Positions 1 to 8,234 of a stretch of 64,000 nt of DNA are shown here, in pieces. Source of the stretch: Candidatus Bathyarchaeota archaeon. GTDB lineage: Archaea > Thermoproteota > Bathyarchaeia > Bathyarchaeales > Bathycorpusculaceae. The number at the start of each line of letters is the position of its first letter. Within the stretch, counting starts at the first letter, position 1. The stretch is from contig OY970280.1 of NCBI GenBank assembly GCA_963715865.1, positions 736,001 through 800,000 on the forward strand, in the 5' to 3' direction. Both the position numbers and the translations under genes were made by a program. The notes beneath the pieces are model-generated. The model was not told the DNA's origin and did not search any database. It was given only the letters and a program-made list of their open reading frames with translations.

Positions 1-41
1 GAATTTTTTTGTAAAAAAAAGAAAAGATGAAAGAATTTAAT

Positions 42-2063
42 TTATTGTGTTAGGTCGATTTGTGCTGTTTGTGTCATGTCTGTTAGGCTGTTTAGTTTCA
101 CTTCTGCGTTTGATATTGTATAGAGTGTGTTGCCAATGTAGAGTGACCGGGTTATCCAGTAGTTTTGGCTATTGTAGTAAGTTGAACTGTCATTCAAGTA
201 TCCTTGGTTGTTGAGTAAGGTCTCGTTTAGGTGTGTCACGGTGCCATTCAGCGTAAATCCGCCGTTTAAGGTGAGGCTAAACACGTATGCTCCTTGCCAA
301 TAACCATAACTGCTGATGATGCTTGGGCTGACTCCTGACATTGACGGTGGAAGTGTCTGGGTGCTCTGGAGGTATATTTCTCCGTAGTTGGTTATTGAAA
401 CAGGAATTACTAGCAGCTGCTTTTGTAGGTCGAAGAGGAAAGCTTTTGGATCATTAAGTGCAGTGGAACTGGTATAGTTGCCTTCAACAGTGTAATTTGC
501 TATTTCCGTTGGGTTATTTATGTCTGTTACGTCGAAGAGCGAGAGCTTGAGCGTTTCGTTCTCCATTCCTAAACCGATAACGTGGTTTGCATCATAAGGA
601 TGGAGGTAGCTTGAGTAGCCTGGGATTTTCAGTTGACCAGCAACTGTGGGCGCTTCTGGATTGCTTAGGTCAATTACAAAGAACGGGTCAGTTTGCTTGA
701 ATGTTACAAGATAACATCTGTCGCCCATGAACCGCACGGAATAAAGGTTTTCGTTTTGTGCAAGACCTTCAAGTTTGCCTACGATGCTTAGGTTGGAGTT
801 TAACACGTAAATGTTGTTCATTTGTGTCTCATTCTGCCAGTTGGTTGCTATTCTAAAATAGCTGTTGTATTCGTCCATTGAGTACTGGTTTATCGTGTAG
901 CCTGGCACGCTGCCTTGTGCTTCAAAGGTTAATTGTGTGCCGTTAATGCTGACTCTGTAAATTGAAGTGAACTGCCCTCCGTCTGTCCATGTTGGATAGG
1001 TTACGTACATGTTGTTTTGGGAAACGTACATTGTACTGGCGCCCCCCATCATTACAGTCAAGTTTGTCGGCGTTTGTGCATCATCTAAGACGTTGATGCC
1101 GAAGAAGCTGGTGAATGTGTAGTAGCTTGGTTGTACCATGTCAGTGTAATAAACAGATGTTGGCGCAATGGCGCTTTCAGACTTGCCGTTGTAGATTGCT
1201 GGAAGAGTAACCGCGTTATTATATACCATTGCAGGTTGGCTGACGACAGCGTAAACATCGTTGCCTATCATTCTGGAGTCGAAATAGCTTCCACTGACAG
1301 TAAAGTTTCTGGTGAGCACAGGATTAGCTTTGTTGGATACGTCATAAACGTTAATGTAAGTGTAAACATCAGCTTGGTATGCCACTATCATTGGCATTGC
1401 AACACCTCCTGAACTTGGCAGCCCATTGCCGTAAGTGTAAGTTTCATATTTGCTTGCTAAAACTACAAGTTTGCTGCCATCTTGACTTAGGAACAATCCT
1501 GCTGGCTCAGTGTCATTTCCAAGAGATATCTTTGATACGACTTGTGGGTTTTGCGGGTCAGCATTAATGATATAAACTGCATTGCTTGTTTCAGAGTTGT
1601 AGCCACCGAAATAGTAGCCTGTGTTTTGGGTTGTCGATACAGTGTAGATATATTGCCCGTCTGTTTTCACCGTGTCCGCTTCATCGACTCCAGCGACTTG
1701 AATATTGGTGGTTGAATAACTTTCACTTGGTTGAGTCCAATAGGTAGTGGGCAAATTTTGTGAATTGCCTGTTGACTGTGAAATTGAAGCTGGCACCGGT
1801 ATTGGAGCTTGTTCACCGAAAAACTGAGAGTCTAAAGGTCCTCCGACAAAGGAGTAACTTTCTTGCGAAGTATTATTTATGTAGTTTCTAAGTTCTTGCA
1901 GAGAAGAGAAAGTTTTCATTCCTGACACAGAGGGGATTTGATTTGGCGGAAATATCAGCGGAGCAGAACCTAAAACGTAAATCATACTAACTAAGACTAT
2001 GGCTGAGAGCACTGCGACGGTTCCGTAAATTTTCGTTTTTTTTCTTACTTCTTTTTGTACCAT
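42..2063 (-). CDS. Secreted/membrane-anchored beta-propeller domain protein (Beta_propel-type)
   Basis: N-terminal TM helix; family motifs YSTTNIQVAGVDEADTVKTDG, VSGSYFDSRMIG, INQYSMDEY, LYSVRFMGDRCYLVTFKQTDPFFVIDLS, LKIPGYSSYLHP. Start moved to ATG 2063 (GGAG upstream). Confidence 0.85.
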   Translation of the reverse strand: MVQKEVRKKTKIYGTVAVLSAIVLVSMIYVLGSAPLIFPPNQIPSVSGMKTFSSLQELRNYINNTSQESYSFVGGPLDSQFFGEQAPIPVPASISQSTGNSQNLPTTYWTQPSESYSTTNIQVAGVDEADTVKTDGQYIYTVSTTQNTGYYFGGYNSETSNAVYIINADPQNPQVVSKISLGNDTEPAGLFLSQDGSKLVVLASKYETYTYGNGLPSSGGVAMPMIVAYQADVYTYINVYDVSNKANPVLTRNFTVSGSYFDSRMIGNDVYAVVSQPAMVYNNAVTLPAIYNGKSESAIAPTSVYYTDMVQPSYYTFTSFFGINVLDDAQTPTNLTVMMGGASTMYVSQNNMYVTYPTWTDGGQFTSIYRVSINGTQLTFEAQGSVPGYTINQYSMDEYNSYFRIATNWQNETQMNNIYVLNSNLSIVGKLEGLAQNENLYSVRFMGDRCYLVTFKQTDPFFVIDLSNPEAPTVAGQLKIPGYSSYLHPYDANHVIGLGMENETLKLSLFDVTDINNPTEIANYTVEGNYTSSTALNDPKAFLFDLQKQLLVIPVSITNYGEIYLQSTQTLPPSMSGVSPSIISSYGYWQGAYVFSLTLNGGFTLNGTVTHLNETLLNNQGYLNDSSTYYNSQNYWITRSLYIGNTLYTISNAEVKLNSLTDMTQTAQIDLTQ

Positions 2064-2136
2064 ACTTTTTTCTCCATTAGGACTTATTATCATGTTGTTA
2101 TTTTATGCTAAGCTTGCGAACAAGCTGTTCTAACAG

Positions 2137-2583
2137 TTAGAATGGGCGCATATTCCATATTCGGTATGCCTCATACCAGAATATTGTGCAAACGATTGCT
2201 CCAAACGAGATTATGAAAAGGTTATCGCGAGTAAAACCATCAAAGAGCACCAGCAAATAAGCCACGTAAAACACGGTTGAGAACAGCGCGTAGAAGAAGT
2301 ATCTCGGAAAAAGCAACTTGCCAAGCTTCACGAAATGGCGAACCACACCAATCTTCACTTCACTAACCAACGAGTAGTGACCGCCAATTTCCTGTTTTTG
2401 CACTAAGCCTAACTCGCGCAACTGCTCAAGATGATGAAAAGCAATGCTGGGGCTGCTAAAATGCAGGGCACGCTGAACCTCACGGACTCCTACTGGACGA
2501 CCGTTTTTGAGAAGATACCAGTAGACTTTCCACGCTTTGCCTCGCAACGCGTACTCAAGCTCAGTTTCATCGTTCCCATTCAA
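2137..2583 (-). CDS. Winged-HTH (ArsR-like) regulator with two C-terminal TM helices
   Basis: VYWYLL..GVREVQRALHFSSPSIAFHHLEQLRELGLV HTH followed by two hydrophobic segments. TTG start at 2583 inferred; ORF track opens at 2682. Confidence 0.75.
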   Translation of the reverse strand: MNGNDETELEYALRGKAWKVYWYLLKNGRPVGVREVQRALHFSSPSIAFHHLEQLRELGLVQKQEIGGHYSLVSEVKIGVVRHFVKLGKLLFPRYFFYALFSTVFYVAYLLVLFDGFTRDNLFIISFGAIVCTIFWYEAYRIWNMRPF

Positions 2584-2764
2584 CCAGTTGAACCCCGCTG
2601 GAACATACAACATTGCAGGGAACATATAAGTCCAATCATTAGAACAGCTTGTCTTATAATGTAATCCACTGAGCAATGGCAACGTTTGCTTCTACACGAT
2701 TGCCTAACAAGTTAGGAAAAAAAAGAAAAAAGAAGGGGCTAAGAGAAGAAGCGCTTCGTTTGCC

Positions 2765-3418
2765 TTAAGTTCTTGATTTATTACTCGCTGCGCCAGCTGG
2801 CATTCCAGGAGGCAAATCAGGGAAGTTTGCGCTGACTCTTTGTTCTGCGACGGTTGCTGCTTCAGCAAGGATTTTTTCCGCGTCTTCGTTTACAGAGTTG
2901 AAGTTCAGTGACATTCCGCTGCTTGTTCCTGCTTCAAACATTAAGCCGCTCAGCATGTTGCCGATGTCGCCTAGTTCGCCTTCTGCCTCAGGCAAAACAC
3001 CGCATAATCCAACGCTGATACTGCGCAGTACTCCAATGCATGGTCCCAATGTGACAACGACGTCTCCTAGCTCGGATACTGTCTTGATGCGGAGTGAAAC
3101 TTGGTCGAGTGCAAGTCTTGCGTTCATGATTATTTTTGACATTTTGCGAATCTCAGCTAGTTCGGTAGCGTAAATGTTGGCGTGTGCTGAATCATGTTTG
3201 GTATAAGCATCAACTAATTTAGCAAACAATGTCCTGTCTTTCTGTGTGAAGCGTTCATTAGCTTGGTCAAGCTTGTTGATTTGCAAGTCTAGTTTTCTGA
3301 CAGCGAAGTCTAAGCGTGGTTTTAATGGTGCTGGTGGCTGGATTGTTTCGAGTACTGTGTTAACGAGTGATTTTTCTTCTCTGTTAGGTTCCCATTTTTT
3401 AGCGAAATTTTCAGACAT
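2765..3418 (-). CDS. cdvB: ESCRT-III / Snf7-family CdvB paralog (CdvB1/2-like)
   Basis: Snf7 helical core (A..YA.ELAEIRKM...LALDQV.LRI.TV.ELGD); C-terminal FPDLPP resembles a MIM2-type motif; no wH tail. ATG 3418 preceded by GAGG. Confidence 0.85.
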   Translation of the reverse strand: MSENFAKKWEPNREEKSLVNTVLETIQPPAPLKPRLDFAVRKLDLQINKLDQANERFTQKDRTLFAKLVDAYTKHDSAHANIYATELAEIRKMSKIIMNARLALDQVSLRIKTVSELGDVVVTLGPCIGVLRSISVGLCGVLPEAEGELGDIGNMLSGLMFEAGTSSGMSLNFNSVNEDAEKILAEAATVAEQRVSANFPDLPPGMPAGAASNKSRT

Positions 3419-3508
3419 GTTAACATCCTCTTGAATGGTGATGCAGCATAATGGAGATTTAATTGTTGCTAACATGCAGGTATATACGTGAAAAATAATA
3501 CGCGTTTT

Positions 3509-4360
3509 TTATTTGAATGTGCCAAAAATGTACGCTAACAAACCTATTATGAACCATAATAGAACCATGTTTTTGATTCGCCGAGAATTCTCACGCGAAT
3601 AATCCCTCAGCAAAAGCACAGAAGAACCTACAAGCCCAAAATCAGTCACCAAAACAAACGGAACAAACCAGATGCCCACCAAACCCAAAAGCCACGTAAC
3701 AGGCGTCAACGCCACCGCAGAAACATAAAACAGCACAGCAACAACCGCTGCGCTTCTTTCTCCAAACCGCACTGCCAGCGTCTTCATGCCCTCGGCGCTA
3801 TCGCCTTTCACATCCACAATGCCTTTCGTGATTTCCCTGCCCGTGTTGGACAGGAAAGCCATAGACGCAAACAACACCACATTCAAACTAACCCAACCAA
3901 CAGCGACTATGCTACCATAAATGAAGGGAATAGCCACGCATGCGCTGACCAAAAAGTTTCCAGGCAACCCACTTCGCTTACCCACAGTAAGGTACGTTGC
4001 AGTTATAACCAGAGAGGCCGCCGCCACGGCAAAGCACAGGATGCTTATCAGATATGCGAAAACGAAGCCCACAGCCGAAAGCACAACAACAAACGCCAAA
4101 GCTTCCCTGGTTTTCACTAAGCCGCTTGGAATGGGGCGAGATGGCTCATTGATGGCGTCGATAGCACGGTCGTAATAGTCGTTGATAATCATGGCCGCAG
4201 CGCAAAAGGTGAAGCCAGTCAGGAAACCGAACAAGATGCTTAGCCAGTTAAGGCTGCCAAATTGGGGGATAGCAAGAACCGCGCCTACAAGCACGGCGAA
4301 ACCCATCATTAAGCAGTTGACTGGTCGCATTAACCGGATGAAGCCGCCAAGTTTATTCAT
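3509..4360 (-). CDS. UbiA-family prenyltransferase, probable digeranylgeranylglyceryl phosphate synthase
   Basis: RPVN, NDYYDRAIDAINEPSRPIPSG and REITKGIVDVKGD Asp-rich motifs; multiple TM helices. Confidence 0.85.
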   Translation of the reverse strand: MNKLGGFIRLMRPVNCLMMGFAVLVGAVLAIPQFGSLNWLSILFGFLTGFTFCAAAMIINDYYDRAIDAINEPSRPIPSGLVKTREALAFVVVLSAVGFVFAYLISILCFAVAAASLVITATYLTVGKRSGLPGNFLVSACVAIPFIYGSIVAVGWVSLNVVLFASMAFLSNTGREITKGIVDVKGDSAEGMKTLAVRFGERSAAVVAVLFYVSAVALTPVTWLLGLVGIWFVPFVLVTDFGLVGSSVLLLRDYSRENSRRIKNMVLLWFIIGLLAYIFGTFK

Positions 4361-4765
4361 ACTGCTCTAACCATTTTTAACTGTTAAGTCTCATTAACAT
4401 ACGTATAAAAGCTTATACTAGTTTTCCTAGCCAGATTGCGCCTGGTCTCACTCTTTTTAAGAGTGATTTTCATAGGTAAAAAGAGGCATCCCCTCACTAC
4501 TTTGGCAGCCGCTGAAAGAAGCCAGTGCTCTATGAAGTTGGCTGAGGAGAGGGATACCCTCTTTTTGCCAGTCAAACGCCCAAACAAAATGCACCTACCC
4601 CTCTTCCCTCTGCCGCTGAAAACTCGCATGCCGCAAGAATCAACCAGAACATCATTCTTACCGCCTAAGTGGGAAAAGTAGCTATTTTTAAAGCATAATA
4701 GGTTATGAGAAACATTAAAAGGATTAGCATACAACCTATCTTTATAAAAGTAGATTGTTGGTGAA

Positions 4766-6064
4766 ATGTTGAGCGCCAATTACGCACCCCTAGTCGGAGA
4801 CAATTATGCTCCTGAAAAAATAAGAGTAATCATTCCAGTAGGCGGAAAAGCAACACGCCTCTTGCCCCTGACGGCTGAAACAAGTAAAGCCTGCTTACGC
4901 TTTTTGAACAGGCCGCTTGTGGAGTTTTCTCTTTTATCGCTGGCAAGCCAAGGCATACGCAACTTTATCTTCGGAGTGAAAGGCTACACCAACTACCGTG
5001 ACCTGTATGATTACTTTGAGTCAGGCTACGGGTTCTCAGCCCGCTACAACATCAAACCACGCATCCACATAAAATATCAGCCTAACGTTGAGGATTTGGG
5101 AAGCGCTGATTCAGCAAGAATAAACATGGAGTACTATGAACTTAACAGCCCAGTTTTCGCGGTTCAAGGCGACAACATTTTTGACATCAAAGTGAAGAGC
5201 TTAATTGATTATCACAAGGAAAAAGGCGCCGCCTTAACCATCGTGTTACGGGAAGTTGAGAACGTTGAAGGCTTAGGCATAGCCGACATCGACAAGAACG
5301 GTCGCATACAACGATTTGTTGAGAAGCCTTTGCCTAAAGATGCACCCAGTAACCTTGCGAACACAGGTTTGTACGTGATATCACCTGAAGTGAAAAAGAT
5401 TTTCAAGGAAAAAGGCATTCATCAAATCATTAAAGAAAGAAACAGGTTAGATTTCGGTTACGACTTCATTCCCTATGTGATTCAGACTGGACGCCCAGTG
5501 TATGGTTACACCTTGAAAGGCAACTGGTTTGACGTGGGCACGCCTAAAAATTACTTAGGAGCCATGAAAAATCTGCTGCACGGCAGCTTATCAACCCTCA
5601 ACGATTTCGGCGGAAGGTTAAATGAATCAAGCCTAATTTGGGTTCAAGGCGAGAGCAATGATTCAGAAAAACGCCGTCTAGAAACTATCCAGAAAATAAA
5701 GCAAAAGAAAATCACTATTGAAGGCGCTGTTCTGATCGGTAGACATTGCCAGATAGAAGACGGCGCAAGAATCGTGGACTCATGCATTGACAATTTCACT
5801 AGAATAGGCAAAAATGCTGTTGTATCCAACTCTGCTGTAATGGACAGAGTGATAATCGGAGAAAACGCTGAAGTATACGACAGCATAATCGGCAGACATG
5901 TAGTTGTTAACTCAAGCCAGCGTAAACCAACAAAAATAACCGCCGTCTCAGTAATAGCAGATGACGTAAAACTAGAAGAAGGCTGCTCCCTTACAGCATC
6001 AAAGATTTATCCGCACCAGTACATCCGTGGAGAATTCCAAAACCAAACAATAATAGCAAACTAA
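4766..6064 (+). CDS. NDP-sugar pyrophosphorylase with left-handed beta-helix (GlgC / Man-1-P guanylyltransferase-like)
   Basis: GGKATRLLPLT, GSADS, FVEKP, NTGLY, DFGYDFIP, WFDVGT; C-terminal hexapeptide repeats. Confidence 0.85.
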   Translation: MLSANYAPLVGDNYAPEKIRVIIPVGGKATRLLPLTAETSKACLRFLNRPLVEFSLLSLASQGIRNFIFGVKGYTNYRDLYDYFESGYGFSARYNIKPRIHIKYQPNVEDLGSADSARINMEYYELNSPVFAVQGDNIFDIKVKSLIDYHKEKGAALTIVLREVENVEGLGIADIDKNGRIQRFVEKPLPKDAPSNLANTGLYVISPEVKKIFKEKGIHQIIKERNRLDFGYDFIPYVIQTGRPVYGYTLKGNWFDVGTPKNYLGAMKNLLHGSLSTLNDFGGRLNESSLIWVQGESNDSEKRRLETIQKIKQKKITIEGAVLIGRHCQIEDGARIVDSCIDNFTRIGKNAVVSNSAVMDRVIIGENAEVYDSIIGRHVVVNSSQRKPTKITAVSVIADDVKLEEGCSLTASKIYPHQYIRGEFQNQTIIAN

Positions 6065-6239
6065 GCACTACTATCGAACCTTTATTTTTTTTAATCGTTA
6101 GCAAAGAATTTTCATACGTTTTTAAGAATGTTGAACTTTTCCTAAATGAACTTTATTTCAAAGGTGATTATAGAATTACAATCTTAAAAGTAATCTTATT
6201 AAGTAACCTAAATATCATAATAAATGATGGTGAGCAAGT

Positions 6240-6506
6240 ATGGGTGAACAAGTTAAGGTGCTCCAAAAAGGGAAGATTACTATTCCAGCAGATATAAGAC
6301 AAAAATTGGGAATAGACGAAGGCGACTACGTCATATTGCAAATAATAGACAACAAAGTGGTCATTTTGTCTCCAAATACTGTTCCAAATCCAACAGAACT
6401 ACTTAGTGGTTTAGCTGAAGGAATAGAAATTAAAGAGACAGTGGAGCAAGAGCTAATAAAAGCATCTGCGGCAGAATTAAATAAGAAGCTATTGAGGGCT
6501 AAGTAA
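6240..6506 (+). CDS. AbrB/MazE/SpoVT-family antitoxin (VapB-type)
   Basis: VKVLQKGKITIPADIRQKLGIDEGD AbrB signature; abuts the PIN gene. Confidence 0.85.
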   Translation: MGEQVKVLQKGKITIPADIRQKLGIDEGDYVILQIIDNKVVILSPNTVPNPTELLSGLAEGIEIKETVEQELIKASAAELNKKLLRAK

Positions 6507-6905
6507 ATGAGATTTGTTGATGCTAACGTCTTCATTTATGCTATTGTTAAATCCCCTCAAAAGGACCATGAAATTTCCAGAACAATACTGCAAAGGATCG
6601 AAAGCGGCGAAGCAGCGGCCACAAGCTTAGCTGTCATTCAAGAAGTAATCAACTGGTTACAATACAATGGTCGAAAAAGGGAAGTCGGAAGCTTCCTCTT
6701 AGCCATAAACTCATATTTATCAATGAGTAAGCTTTCTACAAATTGGGACAATTTTTTTCCTTCTCTTGAAGACATGTATGGGAAACAGATAGATTTCGTT
6801 GATTCATTAACTTTGCAAATAATGAAGCAGTACAAAATTAACGAAATATACTCAAACGATAAAGATTTCGACAGAATAGAGTGGGTCAAAAGAATCTGGC
6901 AATGA
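6507..6905 (+). CDS. vapC: PIN-domain toxin (VapC family)
   Basis: FVDANVF, IQEV, DFVDSL, YSNDKDFD acidic PIN motifs. Confidence 0.9.
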   Translation: MRFVDANVFIYAIVKSPQKDHEISRTILQRIESGEAAATSLAVIQEVINWLQYNGRKREVGSFLLAINSYLSMSKLSTNWDNFFPSLEDMYGKQIDFVDSLTLQIMKQYKINEIYSNDKDFDRIEWVKRIWQ

Positions 6906-6934
6906 AATAATATACATAAGAAACGGTTCTAAAT

Positions 6935-7489
6935 TTAAGCTTTAAACCACTTGAAAATCAAATACTTAATTTTATTTGAACCCAAATCTGGCACAGCAAT
7001 AATAAACCGTTTACGCACCGTCGTAGCCAACCGCCCAGCCTTAACAATCTCAGTGGCTGACATGTCTGAGTCTGCCTTCTTAACGGAAACCGTGTAAGGG
7101 GCATGTTCAACGCCTGGACCGTACTTGTAAACGGCGAAATCGCAGCCAAATTTTATTCCGGGCGTAACAATTAAGCCGCTGTCCCGAAGGTCACGGTAAA
7201 CAGCGTATTTTTCTTCAAACTCATCGTATAACTGTTTAGCTTTTTGTCTAAGCTTTTTGAGGCTAACCCTGCTCTCGCCTGAATTCTCATAAATCACTAT
7301 TTTTTTATTTTCCACAAGGTACAAGCCTTCCATCAAATCCAAAATTAACGGGACATCGAACTCTGGGATTTTTGGTTTAGGAATCCCGAGCGGTTTACCA
7401 TAATATCCTGACTTGTATAATTGGGAGCCATCCGTTGAATCCCACACTACTAAGAAGTTTTCGATGAGTTCAACCTTTATTTTTGGCAT
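6935..7489 (-). CDS. endA: tRNA-intron endonuclease, catalytic subunit
   Basis: VYRDLRDSG..VTPGIKFGCDFAVY..GPGVEHAPY with catalytic Tyr/His/Lys; N-terminal YGKPLGIPKPK loop. Confidence 0.92.
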   Translation of the reverse strand: MPKIKVELIENFLVVWDSTDGSQLYKSGYYGKPLGIPKPKIPEFDVPLILDLMEGLYLVENKKIVIYENSGESRVSLKKLRQKAKQLYDEFEEKYAVYRDLRDSGLIVTPGIKFGCDFAVYKYGPGVEHAPYTVSVKKADSDMSATEIVKAGRLATTVRKRFIIAVPDLGSNKIKYLIFKWFKA

Positions 7490-7503
7490 TAAAGTCGCTC
7501 TTG

Positions 7504-8163
7504 CTACATGATGAAGGAAAGCATCCGTGCGGCGTCCGCTGCATCTTCAGCTTTGTCAGCGGAGTTTTCTAGCAATTGAAGAACATCTCTTAGAAGCATA
7601 AGCACGGGCACATCAAGTTTACCGCTGAGAACTTTTATGGTTAACGCACGGTACTGGTCGTCAACTATTCGTTCTGCGATTTCCACGTCTTTTGCGCGCT
7701 CCAGGGTTTTTTGTGAACCATAGTTTAGAACCATCATTGTTTCCCTGAGCTTAAGCACCGAGTCCAAAACAGCTAAAGAAAGTTTAAGCAGGTCTTTTTT
7801 GACGTCTGGCGAAATGCTCCAGTTGTGCTCCATTATTTCAACTAGGTAATAAGCGATGCCTTCAGAGAAATCAGCTATTTCGCTTGATAAATTTGTGAAT
7901 CTTAAGAAGTCTTCGCGGGCAATCAGAATGGCACCTATCTCGGCTAGCTCTTGAGAAACCATACGTCTTGCCTTGATAACTTCTTCTTCGCCTGTTCTGA
8001 TTTCGCTGAAGAGTTTCCTTGCGTTTTCTTTATCGCCGCTTGCAAAGTACTCAACAAGTTGAGGGATTTTTCTTGAGACATCTACAACCTTGCGTAAGTT
8101 ATCTTGGCAAGCGTTTAGGGCTCTCCTTTTCACGCGCTCTTCTGTTTCTGATGGAAGTACCAC
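7504..8163 (-). CDS. DUF47 / PhoU-like helical protein
   Basis: All-helical; AREDFLRF, EIADF, E...DD.YR, LENSADKAEDAAD; GTG start. Confidence 0.75.
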   Translation of the reverse strand: MVLPSETEERVKRRALNACQDNLRKVVDVSRKIPQLVEYFASGDKENARKLFSEIRTGEEEVIKARRMVSQELAEIGAILIAREDFLRFTNLSSEIADFSEGIAYYLVEIMEHNWSISPDVKKDLLKLSLAVLDSVLKLRETMMVLNYGSQKTLERAKDVEIAERIVDDQYRALTIKVLSGKLDVPVLMLLRDVLQLLENSADKAEDAADAARMLSFIM

Positions 8164-8234
8164 TTGTTCCCCCGCCTATAACTATCCCTGACTTATGATG
8201 TTATTATTCTGTGTGTATTAAAAAAGTTAGCTAC

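Noticed and set aside
4384-4779. Track ORFs 4384-4779 (-) and 4436-4681 (+)
   Set aside because: No family motifs, atypical composition, and they overlap a divergent promoter region; the structured-element reading is preferred.
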